Shown in pieces: positions 1 to 15,236 of a DNA stretch of 64,000 nt (position 1 is its first letter; each line of letters starts with the position of its first letter). Made by a program: the position numbers and the translations under genes. A model generated the notes under the pieces. The model saw only the letters and a program-made list of their open reading frames with translations, ran no database searches and was not told the DNA's origin. The stretch is from Paraspadella gotoi (lineage: Eukaryota; Animalia; Chaetognatha): NCBI GenBank assembly GCA_051294375.1, contig CM119267.1, forward strand, positions 23,003,486-23,067,485, read 5' to 3'.

Positions 1-1736
1 CCCTCGGATCTCACAAGTACCAAAATAACCTAAAATAATACGGAGGAACGGAGAACGTCGATCGAGAGGAAAGCAGAAAACTGAATGCCATGGAGGCACG
101 AGCAGCGTCCGCGAAGGAGGAAAAGGAGGAGAAGAGGAAGGAATATGGAAAATAGGAGAGGAAGAGGAAGAGACGCGAAGGCGCGATCAGAGAGGAGCGC
201 GAGGAATTCTTGAGAATCATATGCAAACGATAGGGAGAATCGAGGAGGAAATTGAAATAATACCAATAACTTAACATCGTTAATGAAGGTTCGGGAAGCG
301 CCGTGAAAGGTTTTAACCAATAATTACTAATTTTAATCATTCTCTCTTATTAGTATTTCCTTCCACTTTTAAGAGCAGCGTTTTCTGCTTTTTTTTTAAA
401 TAAACCGGTGCGTTTTTCTAGACTGGTCCTACGAAAGTTAATTCATGTATATTGTATAATTATAACTAACAAACTTCTCAATAAAAACTAACGAAGAAAA
501 AACGGAAAAGCGAAGACCCCTTCTTATGTGTCCTTCTTCTTAAAAGAAAGCACTCATTTTCAGGTGGAATTAGTTGGTGTCATCAATTTGAGTCTAAACC
601 GCCAATGATCTCCTTTGTCAAAAAACCCTTCTCGTTCCAGCCAAATGATCGGCTTCTCTAAATCGCATTTCTGCATCGCTTTTGTCTTAAACCTTGGATC
701 GCTTTTCTAAATCACCTTATCTTCTTAAGTTCATTTCTCGCTCTACTTATCGCTTCCTGAACATGTCCTATCTCCCAGGTAAATAATAATCTTTTTAATT
801 TAATCCTACATCGCTCTTCTATTCGCTCTTCCTCCATCTTCCCATCGCCTTTCTTAATCGCTCTTCCATCTCACTCCTCTTCCTCTCTATATGCCAAGAA
901 TCGCTCTTTCAAACTCGATATCCTCTCGGCTTAAAATCAAACCAACCGCCTTACGCTCATTTGCATATAAGGAGTATTTCGAGCTTTGTTTTAACTTCAA
1001 AGGAAAAGCGAAAGAGGAAGAACGGAGATATTTTTTTCCTCCGGTCTCGTAAATTTGAAAACGTTTTAATGGAAGATAGAAAATAGAAACTACGTGGGAT
1101 TTTGGGTGTGCATCGTTAAGTTTCAGAGAAGGAAATAGAAACTGGATAATTCAATTAAGCTAAACTTAATGATTTTTCATAGGAAAACTTAAAATTTATT
1201 TTTTCTTAGCTAGAAATATTTTCCCTAGAATATTGAAACTGCTAAATTGGATAATTTTGTATAATATGAAAAAATCTAGAAATTAACTCTTCAGTTAGAT
1301 TTCACAATTCTTCCTCAAGACTCAAGTATGCTGTAAAGTCGTCCAACCTTACGTACTGCCCCCTGTTTTCAGAAAATAGTAAACTTTTAAACGTGAAAAC
1401 AAAACAACAACGATTTCTATTTCCTCCCTCGTCGAGAGAACGAAGCTTTTCTTTCTAAACGTTACTCTAATAACGACGAGGAAGAGGAAGAGGAAGAGGA
1501 GGAGGAGAAGGCGATTTGAAGAGTTTGGAATGAGAATGAATGGCGACAAGTTGGCATCTGAGTCTCGGCGTTCGAAGACATGAAATGGGTGAAGCTTTTC
1601 GCTTCCTCCTCCTCCTCCTCCTCCTCCTTTCGGCTCCATCTTCGGGTCTGATTTGTGATCGCCATTTCCGGTTCGGGTCAAAGGAACGCTTACGATGCGC
1701 CGACGAAGACGACGACGACGAAGAAAACGACGACGA

Positions 1737-3050
1737 TGCATGAAAGATCGAAAGATAAACAATAATTTATGTTAGTTAAACCATGTATGTCGAGAAATTG
1801 CGTTAGATGTGTTTGATTACTGTTTTATAGAAAAATTATAGAGGTATTCGAATTTTCTTCTTCAAACTGACGTATTACCTGACTAAATGTCATTTCTTTC
1901 CACTTCTTTGCCTTCTGTACTGAACCTTTACCCCCGTTTTATCCCCCGTCCTTTACCCCCTTTCCCCCTCTCTCCTTCCCCACCGGGAATCCACTCAAAA
2001 AATTCCTTTCGACACTTCAACACTCTCAGTCCCACGGGCCCCCGGCCAATCCCCCGGCTCGGACTACCCACTGGTCCTGACCAATACCGGACGCCGCGTG
2101 GATAACCTCTACTCGTCCCAATCACTTTTCTTGGGGAGCGGCTATGAGCTTTTAAAGAGGCCGGATTTGTTGTAATGGAGTCACCTAAAAACAGTAGTTG
2201 CTGATAGTTTTTTTCTTGTTTGGCGCGTTGCATAAAGCTTTTAATGTCTATAATTATAAGTAGTCCGCTTAGAATTTGCAGAATGCTCTGCCTGAAGTAT
2301 AAAGTTGTTGTATATGTATCACAGATAGAGAATATTTGAGTGAATTCGTCAACCGCAAAATTAGGTAGCAATCAATCCTCCAAAATACAATACTGTAAAC
2401 TTTAAATAGTTGAATAAGTTGAGAGGGAGGCGTATATGACAATTGAGTGATTACAGGGAACACATTATTGTCAGTTAAATTGGTAAAAATTAAAGCAACA
2501 AAAGATGACGAATTTTAAAAAAAATACAAGTTCGACCACACAAATGGAAACTAATTTTGAATGAACGAGGGGAAAACTCCTTTCCAAATCTGTTCGCATC
2601 TTTTTTTTTTGCGGGGAGAAAAAAGGAGAAAGAGATAATGGATGATCGGATGTCCACCTGACATTCAGTTTTTCCTCTCTCTCCTCCATCTCTTCCTTTA
2701 GTCTCTCTGCTTGTCCCTGTCTTCCTCCTCTCTCTCTGTCTCTCCTCTCTCTGCTCTCTCTCTCTCTTCTCTCCTCTCTCTCCTTTCTCTTCTTTCATCC
2801 CCCTGCCCTCTCCTCCGGCCGACCCTCAGAGATTCCCCCAAAGTGATGGCATTTAGTGACGTTAAGGTAGCGTCTTGAGCGGCGGCGGCGGCGTTGACAG
2901 CTTCTTGAGCGCGGCCTTGGCGGCAGCTGCAGCGGCGCTGGATCAGCAGACGGTCTCAGATTTTTTTCTCTTCATCTCGAGTCGCAGCTGTTTTTCTCTT
3001 TCCGCTCGTTGACCCCAAGACATTGACTCCGTCTCCCTTACTCCTCCCTC

Positions 3051-3088
<38 letters not shown>

Positions 3089-3161
3089 TAACTTCGTTTC
3101 ATAAAAGAATTTGCGCTTCCTTCCTCTCGTTTTCCGCTTAAAGTCGCCCCTCTTTTTTCTG

Positions 3162-3199
<38 letters not shown>

Positions 3200-5013
3200 T
3201 CTCTCTCTCTCTCTCTCTCTCTGCTCTTCTCTCCTCTCTCTCTCTCTCTCTCTCTCATTCCCCTTTCTCTCCCCCCACAACCCCAACAGAAAAGGGGAAA
3301 AAATATCCGCGTTTGTGACAATCGCGAAAAACCATCGGAAATCACATCATGAATCTTTCTTTGCCTCAACTCAATACAAATCTCAGACAAAGTCGACCGC
3401 CCTTTTCTTTCTTTTTTCTTTCTTACGTCTTTCACAGCAACTGTGCGGCGTCGAAACAGTCACTGTGGCTGTGAAACAGAACTTTTCTTATAACTTTTTT
3501 GTTTGTTTTTTTTTCTCTCAATGCGCGCGGGAATATTTAAAGAGTGACAATCAGAATAACGGTTTAAAAAATTACTTTTTATTCTTGTATTTTTTAATCT
3601 AGTCTAAAAGGGATTTTTAAACAAATAGGGTTTTACAATACTACTCATAGTACTCATTCGTCTGCAACAGCCACGTCCTTAGATTTTTTTTGNNNNNNNN
3701 NNNNNNNNNNNNNNNNNCGACGATGCATTGAAAGCATGAAACAAAATGTTATGTTTAGTAACCATTATGTCGAGAAATTGCGTGTAGATGTGTTTGATTT
3801 ACTGTTATTAAAAAATTATAGAGGTATCGAATTTTCTTCTTCAAACTGACGTGATACCTGACCTAAATGTCATTTTTTGTCCTTCTTTTGCTTTGTTCCA
3901 ACTTACCCCCGTTTTATCCCGCCGTCCCTTACCCCCTTTCCCCCTCTCTCCTTCCCCACGGGGAATCCACTCAAAAAATCTCCTTTCGACACTTCAAACT
4001 CTCAGTCCCACGCGGGTCGCCCCCGGCCGACACCTCCCCACCCCGCGGGAATGAACCTCAGCGATCTCACCCAATCAATTTGTCCTTGAAAATGACGCGG
4101 CGCTTTTTTGGACCTTTTGATGTCCAACAGTCCTTTTTTCGTTGGGGCGGGGTTGCTCAGTGAGCTTTTAAAAGAGGCCAATAGAAATTATGTTTTCAAA
4201 GGAGTCACGCTTAAAAAATTTCACGAGTAGTTGTTGTAGTAGTATTTTTTTTTACTATGTTTGCCAGATTTGATAAATATGTTTTAATTGTTGTATAATT
4301 TTATTGGCGTTCGCAAACCCTGCGCTTAAAAAGCAGTTATTGTAGATAATCAACAATGAGCAATGTCTAACAAAATTACAATACATATGTAAACTTTAAA
4401 AGTTGAATAAGTTGATGAGGGAGGGTATATGACAATTGTATGATTACAAGGGAACGACGTATTATTGTCAGTAAATTGTAAAATATAAAGAACAAAAGAG
4501 TGAACGAAATTTTAAAAAAAAACAAGTTCGACCCACAAAGATGGAAACTAATTTTGAATAACGATGGAAAACTCCTTTCCAAATCTTTTGATCTTTTTTT
4601 TTTTGCGGGGAGAAAAAAGGAGAAAGAGATAATGGATATCGGATGTCCACATCCTTGCCATTTTCATCTTTTTTGCTCCTCTCTCCTCTCCTCTCCTCTC
4701 TGCTCTACTCTCTCGTCTCTCTCTCTCTCTGCTGCTCTCTCTCCTCTCTCGTCTCTTTCATCCCCCTGCCCTCTCCTCCGGCCGACCCTCAGAGATTCCC
4801 CCAAAGTGATGGCATTTAGTGACGTTAAGGTAGCGTCTTGAGCGCGCGGCGGCGGCGTTGACAGCTTCTTGAGCGCGGCCTTGGCGGGCAGCTGCAGCGG
4901 CGCTGGATCAGCAGACGGTTTCAGATTTTTTTCTCTTCATCTCGAGTCGCAGCTGTTTTTCTCTTTCCGCTCGTTGACCCCAAGACATTGACTCCGTCTC
5001 CCTTACTCCTCTC

Positions 5014-5054
<41 letters not shown>

Positions 5055-5133
5055 TCTCTCTTAACTTCGTTTCATAAAAGCAATTTGCGCTTCCTTCCTC
5101 TCGTTTTCCGCTTAAAATCGCCCCTTTTTTTTG

Positions 5134-5170
<37 letters not shown>

Positions 5171-5198
5171 GTCTCTCTCTCTCTCTCTCTCTCTGCTC

Positions 5199-5229
<31 letters not shown>

Positions 5230-5660
5230 TCCCCTTTCTCTCTCCCCCACAACCCCAACAGAAAAGGGGAAAAGAATATCCCGGTTTGTTCCCGTTTGTG
5301 ACAATCGCGAAAAACCATCGGAAATCGCATCATGAATCTTCTTTGCCTCAACTCATACAAATCTCAGACAAAGTCGACGCCCTTTTCTTTCTTTTTTCTT
5401 TCTTTCGTCTTTCACAGCAACTGTGCGGCGTCGAAACAGTCACTGTGCTGCGAAACAGGACTTTTCTTATAACTTTTTTGTTAGTTTTTTTTTCTCAATG
5501 CGCGGGGAATATTAAGAGTGACAATCAGAATAACGGGTTTAAAAATTACTTTTATTCTTGTATTTTTTAATCTAGTCTAAAGGGATTTTTAAACAAATAG
5601 GGTTTTACAATACTACTCAATAGTACTCATTCGTCTGCAACAGCCACGTCTTAGATTTTT
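1737..5660. repeat. Adjacent ~1.95-kb duplication (about 1737-3692 and 3718-5660) either side of an N-gap
   Basis: Colinear, near-identical sequence with many 1-bp indels and one divergent central patch. Confidence 0.9.
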
Positions 5661-5987
5661 TTTGCAAAAACGAAATTGATGCTATTTTTGTTCCCTCTTT
5701 TTCTTTCTCACCCAAAACAAAACAAAAGGCTTTTGGGTGATTTAAGTCGAATATTGGCGAGTTTTTTTTGTTTCTTATCTTATTTTGTTTAGCAGAAAGA
5801 AACAAATAGGAAGATATTGGAAAAGCAGATTCCAGTATTTTTTTTTAGGGGCGGGTTATTTTGGATTTTTTAAAAATATTACTAATATGAGGAATGCTAT
5901 AGACTACTTACTATCATTTTAAATCATATCAATGACAGCTTTTTTAACTTGAAAGATAAACAATGTTATATTATCATCGGTAATATA

Positions 5988-6031
<44 letters not shown>

Positions 6032-6724
6032 CTCGATCGCTCTACTTATCATCCTATCATTCGCCCATTCTCTCTCTCGATTTCGATTAATTTTCCAAAT
6101 TATAATTTTGTCGAAAATTAATTTTTCTACTTGAGACAGATGAGACTCGTTCGTCGGTCGGAAGCGAAAAATAAAAAGATGAATAAATGGACGTGGACGT
6201 CTAATTATTTCTTTGTTTCGCCGCAGCCCCGCCTTTTCATTGACTTACATTTATTGCTTAACGTGTTGCATCGTTTTTTTTAACTTACTGGTAACAATGA
6301 AAGGAGTTTAGATCATCTACCGAATGCCGACAAAAAAATTGTTTAATTTAGTTACAATTCTGTTCCCGATTTGTCACTCTCTTTATCATAATCTAATTTG
6401 CATATTGCAGTAATTTCTAATAATATACAACTTAAAACTAAACGTTTATTTCTTTTAATCATTAATTTAGACTTCTCATTTAAAGGTTATTTTACTGCTC
6501 CTTAAGAGTCTGAATGAAGACTGTGACGATTCACTTTGTCCAGCAGAAGTCGAGGAGGTCCTCAAACTTTGCTGAGTTGCGTCACTTGTGAGTTTAACAT
6601 TTATTACAAACTTAACGCATCCTTGACAAAATTCTTTCGTCCTCAAACTTTGCTGAGTCGTGCACCTTGTTGAGTTTTAACCATTTATTACAGAACTTAA
6701 CGCCATCCTGTGACCAAAATTCTT

Positions 6725-8140
6725 TCTGAGATAATTTAAATGTATATAAAGCTGTAGTCTATATTTATTTAGTTTAAAGGTTAAAACCACAGAACGTGGC
6801 TTTTACTAAAAAATCAGACAAAAGGCTGTTTCCCCCCTTTTTTTTCTATTTCCGCCGTACGGCCCCGCCAGAGCAGGGAAACGGCGCCAGCCGTCGATGC
6901 GCCAGGCTTCACGGTGTTTAAATTCCCGCGCCCCTCGGCCAACTCATGATTAGCGGCTAATTCGAGGCATCATCGCGGAGGAGGAGGAGAAGAGAGAGAG
7001 AGAGGGGAGAGAGAGAGAGAGAGAGAGAGAAATAGACAATCGTAAATCTCTGCCAGGAGATGTTTTGCTTCCTCTTTACCTTTCTGCTTCTTTTTCGTAA
7101 TCGACTTTGCAACTCAGGGTTTTCCTTTTTTTTTTGTTGCTTTTAATAATTATTCAGCATACAAAATTTAAATTAACTTCATTAATAAGCTAGCTTGCCC
7201 TGATTTGGAACACTAGAATTTAAGGCGGCTTCTTCCTCTTTCAAAATAATAGCGATACAAGCAACATATTATTTGCAGTTTTCGTCAATTTTTTACTCTT
7301 CAAAATTTTTTTATCCAGACCCGATTTCAGCCATCCCATCTCTTCCTATTTTCGCTAGTTAAAACTTACCTTAATACTTTCCCGTTTTGTTACTTTTCTT
7401 TTCCGTCAGTTCCATTCCTNNNNNNNNNNNNNNNNNNNNNNNNNGTCTGAGATAATTAATGTAGGTATAAAGCTGTAGCTATATTTATTTAGTTAAAGTT
7501 AAGAAACACAGAACGTTTGGGCTTTAACTAAAAAATCAACAAAAGCGGCTTTCACCCCCTTATTTTTTTCGTATTTCCGCGATCGGCCCCGCCAGAGCAG
7601 GGAAACGGCGCCAGCCGTCGATGCGCCAGCTTGCCCGGTGTTAAATTCCGCGCCCTCGCCAACTCATTGATTAGCGCTAATTCGACGGCATCATCGCGGT
7701 AGGAGGAGGACAGAGAGGAGAGAGAGAGAGGGAGAGAGAGAGAGAGAGAGAGAGAGAAATTAGACAATCGTAAATCTCTGCCAGGAGATGCTTTGCTTCC
7801 TCTTTACCTTTCTGCTTCTTTTTCGTAATCGACTTTGCAACTCAGGGTTTTCCTTTTTTTTTTGTTGCTTTTAATAATTATTTCAGCATACAAAATTTAA
7901 ATTAACTTCATTAATAAGCTACTTGCCCTGATTTGGAACACTAGAATTTAAGGCGGCTTCTTCCTCTTCAAAATAATAGCGATACACAAACATATTATTT
8001 GCAGTTTTCGTCAATTTTTACTCTACAAATTTTTTATCCAGACCCGATTTCAGCCATCCCATCTCTTCCTATTTTCGCTAGTTAAAACTTACTTTTAATA
8101 CTTTCCCGTTTTTGTTACTTTTCTTTTCGTCAGTTCATTC
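6725..8140. repeat. Adjacent ~0.7-kb duplication either side of an N-gap
   Basis: 6725-7419 matches 7445-8140 with homopolymer-type indels. Confidence 0.9.
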
Positions 8141-8949
8141 CTCCTCTCTTTTCTTTCCTCCTTTTTCTCCCTTCCTTTCCTCTCCTGCCTCCCTTCGACT
8201 CTTCGGCTGCCGCACATTCATTCTCGTTTCTCCATGATGCGAGGTTTCGCCCATGATGGAATGCGCTCCTCGGATCGTCTTCCTCACCTCCCCTCCCCCT
8301 CCTCTTCTCTCATTGCTCATCCTCTTCCTCTCCTCTCATCCTCATCCTCCCCCTCCTCTTCTCTCAATGCTCCTCTTCCTCCTCGAATCATTCTCCTCCT
8401 CTACATCTTCTACCTAGCTCTATATGCCCTCCTCTTCCTCCTCCTCTCATCCTCCTCCCATCCTCTTTCTCTCAATGCTCCTCCTCTCCCTACTCTATCC
8501 TCCTCCTCCCTTCCCTTTCGCATGCTCTGCTCTCCTTCCTCGGATCATCTTCCTCATCATTATTCTCTCTTCCTCTTTCTCTTATTGCTCCTCTTCCTCC
8601 TCTCCTTCATCTCTTCCTCTTCTTCTATGTCGCTTCTCCTATCATCCTCCTTTTTTTCTTTAAGTTTAAGCTGACAAAATATATTGTTTTCCCAGTTGAG
8701 TTGTCGATTCACTTTAGGTTCCCCTTTTTTGCCATTTTGTTTTTGTTTCTTTTTGGTAATTTATTTTTACAAGTACTTTTCACTTTAACAGGGTTGAACA
8801 AAACGATTTTTTAGTCGATCTGCTTATCAGCAGATCCCGACTCTTATAACTTCATTTTTCGGTCCGTGCCGGTCCGCCTCCTCAATATTGTCGGCCAACA
8901 CACTATATCATTCAGAACATCGAATTATGGATAAAATTATGGCAAAAAA

Positions 8950-9540
8950 AATGATGTCCGTCCGTCCGTCTGTCCTTCCGTCCGTCCGTCCGTCCGTCCG
9001 TCCGTCCCCACCTTAGCAAAAAAACTCCAATTTACCGTGATTGGATGGATGGATTGTATTGAAATTTTGTGGGCGGTCAGTCGGCCTGTGGGTAGGAAAC
9101 TGTGTGATTGAGATGGATATGAGTTCGAGGGAATCGTGCCGAGTGGCGAAATTGGTCTTAATGGAAAAAAACAAAAAAATATATTTCACTATTGAACGCC
9201 AATTGCTCATGAGGGATAGGTGCAATTGACTTGAAATTTTGTATGCGTTCGGTAGGAAAGTGTGTGATTGCACTCGGATATGTGAAAGTTCATGGAATCG
9301 TGCGAGATGGAATTGAGTTAAAATGGAAAAACAAGAAGTTCATATGTTACTTGAAGTAGTTTTTGACTTAAATTACTCATAATTCGATGTTGTTTATTTA
9401 AAAATTGGATTAGATAAATCGAAATTATGTTGTGTGTGGGTAGGAAAAGTATGGTGATAAAGGTGGCATAAAATTTTGATTGCGAATTTCGATAGTGAGT
9501 TGCGAAAAGAGTTCAAATTAGAAAACCAAAAGACACATAT
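8950..9540. mobile_element. Possible Helentron-associated (HINE/DINE-like) non-autonomous element
   Basis: (GTCC)n microsatellite followed by about three degenerate ~175-185 bp repeats starting gaaatt(t/a)tgt...ggtaggaaa. Termini not identified. Confidence 0.35.
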
Positions 9541-9609
9541 TATTTGAATTTTTTAAAGTTTCCCTCTCTCTCTCTCTCTGCGTGATTGATTGATTGAATT
9601 GATTAGATT

Positions 9610-9890
9610 GTTGAATGACCAAATATGCCAGATTGACCAAATTCTGCAAGTGTAATCAAGGTTTGGCAAGTGACCACAATGTATGCCGTTGACCAATGTA
9701 GGCTAGTTAATAAAGTTATGCAGTTAACCAAATTATGCCAGGTGACCAAATTATCGTTTGAATGATCAAATTATGTCAGTTGACCCAGAATTATGCAGTT
9801 ACGCCGAATTATGTCAGCGTATGGAGCCAAATTTAGTGTCAGTTAACCAAATTATGTCAGTGACCAAAAGTTATGCAATTGATAAATTAG
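9610..9890. repeat. Degenerate ~20-bp minisatellite (gttgaccaaattatgca-like)
   Basis: Recurrent gaccaaattatg/gttaaccaaattatg units. Confidence 0.75.
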
Positions 9891-11870
9891 CAACCTCTCT
9901 TTTCTTTCCTCCTTTTTCTCCCTTTCCTTTCCTCCCCTGCCTCCCTCGACTCTTCGGCTCCGACATTCATTCTCGTTTTCTTCCATGATGCGAGTTTCGC
10001 CCATGATGTGAATGGCCTCCTCGGATCGTCTTCCTCATCCTCCTCCCCCTCCTCTTCTCTCATTGCTCATCCTCTTCCTCCTCCTCTCATCCTCATCCTC
10101 CCCCTCCTCTTCTCTCAATGCTCCTCTTCCTCCTCGAATCATTCTCCTCCTCTTCATCCTTCTCCTAGCTCTATATGCCTCCTCTTCCTCCTCCTCTCAT
10201 CCTCCTCCCATTCCTCTTCTCTCAATGCTCCTCCTCTCCCTACTCTTCATCCTCCTCCTCCCCTTCCCCTTCTCGCATTGCTCCTCTTCCTCCTCGGATC
10301 ATCTTCCTCATCATTATTCTCCTCTTCCTCTTCTCTTATTGCTCCTCTTCCTCCTCTCCTTCATCTCTTCCTCTTCTTCTATGTCGTTCTCCTCATCATC
10401 CTCCTTTTATTTCTTTAAGTTTAAGCTGACAAAATATATTGTTTTCCAGTTGAGTTGTCGATTCACTTTAGTTCCCCTTTTTTTGCCATTTTGTTTTTTT
10501 GTTTCTTTTTGGTAATTTATTTTTACAAGTACTTTTCACTTAACCAGGGTTGAACAAAACGATTTTTTACTATTGGCAGTATCAAGTTATTAAACCTATC
10601 TAAATGTATTGCGCTATCTATATCGTATTCGTATATAACAAGTACATCGCCGACATTTTTTTTACCCTAAAACTGACTCGATTATCAATAAGGACTAATT
10701 AAGAATTAAAAAAATGTGAAAAATACCAAGCAAAGAATATTTTATTCGCTTCGTATCACACTTTAGTGAGGAGAACGAAAAAATAAAAACAAAAGACTTA
10801 TTGTTGTATCAGCGAAAGAATGGGGTTTTACAAGGTCCCTCTCTGCGGTATTCAATTTTCATGGGTCATGCAAAACAGCAAAAGAGGCATGCAAAAAACG
10901 AAAAAAACAATAAACTAATTATCTTTTTTACGTCACCAGCTATGGAACAAAAATTAAAATCATTGAATGTAAATATTTAATTACACACACGTTATGATAT
11001 TTTTTTTTCAAACTAATCCCTCTAGACGATGAAAGTTAAGATTTTTCTCAGTCTAAATCTTTGCTACTATATCTATTTTGTACACATNNNNNNNNNNNNN
11101 NNNNNNNNNNNNNNNNNNNNNNNNNNNNNNNNNNNNNNNNNNNNNNNNNNNNNNNNNNNNNNNNNNNNNNNNNNNNNNNNNNNNNNNNNNNNNNNNNNNN
11201 NNNNNNNNNNNNNNNNNNNNNNNNNNNNNNNNNNNNNNNNNNNNNNNNNNNNNNNNNNNNNNNNNNNNNNNNNNNNNNNNNNNNNNNNNNNNNNNNNNNN
11301 NNNNNNNNNNNNNNNNNNNNNNNNNNNNNNNNNNNNNNNNNNNNNNNNNNNNNNNNNNNNNNNNNNNNNNNNNNNNNNNNNNNNNNNNNNNNNNNNNNNN
11401 NNNNNNNNNNNNNNNNNNNNNNNNNNNNNNNNNNNNNNNNNNNNNNNNNNNNNNNNNNNNNNNNNNNNNNNNNNNNNNNNNNNNNNNNNNNNNNNNNNNN
11501 NNNNNNNNNNNNNNNNNNNNNNNNNNNNNNNNNNNNNNNNNNNNNNNNNNNNNNNNNNNNNNNNNNNNNNNNNNNNNNNNNNNNNNNNNNNNNNNNNNNN
11601 NNNNNNNNNNNNNNNNNNNNNNNNNNNNNNNNNNNNNNNNNNNNNNNNNNNNNNNNNNNNNNNNNNNNNNNNNNNNNNNNNNNNNNNNNNNNNNNNNNNN
11701 NNNNNNNNNNNNNNNNNNNNGTCTATATAAGTAACCAGAAGATTTGTTTTTCGTTAATTACATTAAATTTGGAAAAATTCAAAGTTTATTGTTTTGAGAT
11801 GCCTTGGATGCCAAAAGCCCACACTTTGAAAGAATTCTCTCTCTTCTCCTCTCTCTCTCTCTCTCTCTGT

Positions 11871-11902
<32 letters not shown>

Positions 11903-13170
11903 AGCCGGCTCTTTTCGGTTGAGAGCTTCTTAATAATTAAGAGCCATTCAAGGAACTTTGAATTATTCGAGAGAAAGCATTAGTAGAGAGACGATGGAAA
12001 AGTGGGAAAATTTTATGTGAAGGAAAGGGAAGTGGATAAGGAAGGGAGAAAGACAGGAAGAGCAGACAAAGAGACAGACAGACAAAGAGATGGCAATCAG
12101 ACCGGAGAGACAGATTAAGTTCACAAGAGAGGGAAAGACAGCTTAAACAAATAGATAGAGAGAAAGAGAAGAAAGATGAATGGCAGATCGCCGTAAACAA
12201 TTTCCAACCAATCACGATTCCAATTCTCTACTCCAATTTCCACCAAATGAACCTTCTCTTTTCCCCTACTCGCCACGCCCACCTAAAAGGATGCACAGCG
12301 AGAGACGCTCGTAATGCGTCAACACTTCCGGCGTTTATGACGCAGACGGTCGATTTTGGTCAGAAGGGGGCGGTGGAAAAGATGGAGCGCGGGTGGGAAG
12401 GTGGAAATCGAGGTGGTTTTGTGGGGAACGACGATGTGACCATCTCGATGGGCAAATGTGATTTATGTGAAGATGGTTAACGCGAAAGTGAAAAAGCGTT
12501 TTTGAGAAAATTATGACACAAGTTGAAATGAGGTTAGAATGAATTAAACTAGAGATAAATGTAAATGTTAATGTAGAAAATGTATGAAAATGTATGAAAA
12601 TAAAATCACAGCGAAATTACATTAAAAGGCGGGAGTTTAGTAAAAAATGTTTTGATAAATCTGAGGAGAGAAAGAAATTATTTGAGGAGGGAAATAAAAA
12701 GAGATAAAGTTTAAATGTTAAAACCTCTCATTTTTGTTGTCCTCCTNNNNNNNNNNNNNNNNNNNNNNNNNNNNNNNNNNNNNNNNNNNNNNNNNNNNNN
12801 NNNNNNNNNNNNNNNNNNNNNNNNNNNNNNNNNNNNNNNNNNNNNNNNNNNNNNNNNNNNNNNNNNNNNNNNNNNNNNNNNNNNNNNNNNNNNNNNNNNN
12901 NNNNNNNNNNNNNNNNNNNNNNNNNNNNNNNNNNNNNNNNNNNNNNNNNNNNNNNNNNNNNNNNNNNNNNNNNNNNNNNNNNNNNNNNNNNNNNNNNNNN
13001 NNNNNNNNNNNNNNNNNNNNNNNNNNNNNNNNNNNNNNNNNNNNNNNNNNNNCTCCTCCTCCTCCCAGAGATAGAAAAGAAAATCCTTTAAAACCGAGAA
13101 CCTATTTTCCTCTGAAGGAAAATATCTCCATAAAGCGAAAACAATAAAGACAAACAAAAGGCTAACCTCG

Positions 13171-13290
<120 letters not shown>

Positions 13291-13615
13291 TTCTAGCGTC
13301 GAAGATTGACTTTTAAAGTCTGCCGCTGGAGGTCGCAAAGGTCGAGCCCATTCGGCGTCAACGACGCTCGTCTCGCGCAGGCGCAGTTGTATTTTTGGAG
13401 TCTTTTTGTTTACTATCGTCGTCGNNNNNNNNNNNNNNNNNNNNNNNNNNNNNNNNNNNNNNNNNNNNNNNNNNNNNNNNNNNNNNNNNNNNNNNNNNNN
13501 NNNNNNNNNNNNNNNNNNNNNNNNNNNNNNNNNNNNNNNNNNNNNNNNNNNNNNNNNNNNNNNNNNNNNNNNNNNNNNNNNNNNNNNNNNNNNNNNNNNN
13601 NNNNNNNNNNNNNNN

Positions 13616-13653
<38 letters not shown>

Positions 13654-14375
13654 AACAAAGAGATATTGATTTTAATTCAACAAGTCGTGGCTTTTCGCAT
13701 CGCGATCTTTAAATTAAAAGCAAATTAGAAACAAAAACGTTAACGGATTACAACTAAATAAATTCTAAAAATCATTAAGCTACATTTGTACTTTGTTCGT
13801 GAGTTATGAAGTTGGCTTCTATCACCATCTTAAGTCAGATTATGTATCACAAGTAGTCAAACGGGCAACTGGGTCGACACAACAACGTGATCAGGGCAAC
13901 CGTCGAAGAAACTACAGAGGATGGACTCTCTCTCTATCTCTCTCCTTTTCTCTCTATCCCGCTCTCACACTCCACTCTCGGATTCACCCGGCGAAATTTT
14001 ACCGATAAAATGTATTTGTTGATCACGTGATCTTTTTTTTTCACGTGACGTCACTCGATGCGAGATTTTTTTGAGTTCGAAGTTTTTCGACGCCTACGAC
14101 TCGTTCTCGCTCTGGGCCTCATGCAACGATGGAGAGGGAGTGACTGAACACAAAACACGNNNNNNNNNNNNNNNNNNNNNNNNNNNNNNNNNNNNNNNNN
14201 NNNNNNNNNNNNNNNNNNNNNNNNNNNNNNNNNNNNNNNNNNNNNNNNNNNNNNNNNNNNNNNNNNNNNNNNNNNNNNNNNNNNNNNNNNNNNNNNNNNN
14301 NNNNNNNNNNNNNNNNNNNNNNNNNNNNNNNNNNNNNNNNNNNNNNNNNNNNNNNNNNNNNNNNNNNNNNNNNNN

Positions 14376-14411
<36 letters not shown>

Positions 14412-14688
14412 GGGGGAGAGAAATGCGTGAAAAACATTTCATTCGTAGGGTAATAATATCACTTCGATCTTCGCATTGAAAAATTTCGATAGTTAATCTT
14501 ATCTCTTATTTCTCGCTAATTGTTACATTAAACATAAGCAACTTAGAAATGATTCGGCGTTTTAATGTACCTTTTGCTATCAGCTATATCATTATTGATA
14601 CAATCGATGACAGTATCAAGCTATCAATGATAAAATCAGAGATAGCATGAACGTTATCATCAATGATATCGGGTCATTCGCGACTCAC

Positions 14689-14821
14689 CTAATCGATTGG
14701 CAATCACGCCTTGTCGAGGTGAGGTTCTTCCCTTGGCCTCCACGTTCACCACCACCGCGCTCTTTTTAGGCATCGGTTGAGGAGAGGGAGACGCGAACGT
14801 CTCGCTCTCCTCGCTGTCAAC
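14689..14821 (-). CDS. Probable alternative internal exon of the ZM-motif gene
   Basis: ctttctag acceptor and G|gtgagt donor. Open in phase 0 (VDSEESETFASPSPQPMPKKSAVVVNVEAKGRTSPRQGVIANRL), which fits the phase-0 end of the 17435 exon. Confidence 0.55.
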
Positions 14822-15236
14822 CTAGAAAGAGGGAGACGGAGACGATTGTCGGAAGCGGAATTCGGGACGGGCGGGAGAAGGGAGCGACGAAAAAGGGGAT
14901 TTAGTTGGTTGACGCTTTGGTTAGTTCAACAGCGCGTAAGACAGTGGACCTGATTATATTTATTATTATATTTAGAATCTATGACATACAAACGTACATT
15001 CTCGTATCTTTTGCATTACTACTATGGTTTATTCAATAAAAAAATATATATAAAGTATAAACGTAAAACACGGAACAAAACTTGCACGCTGTGTTTGTCT
15101 TTTTTTTTTGTTGGAGACAAAGGCTTTTTGGTTAAAACAAAAGGGTAACAAATTCATGCTATATATCAAAACGTTACATATATTAATACTTAAATAAACG
15201 AAACGAACATTGAGGAAAACGTGGCCCTCGGCGATT

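Larger units (their letters stand above)
8145..10568. repeat. Duplicated CT-rich low-complexity block (about 8145-8812 and 9895-10568)
   Basis: Colinear copies differing by small indels. Confidence 0.85.

Noticed and set aside
2820-3040. GC-rich, coding-like patches here and at 40-240 and 1470-1740
   Set aside because: Short, interrupted by stops, no recognisable homology and no consistent exon chain.
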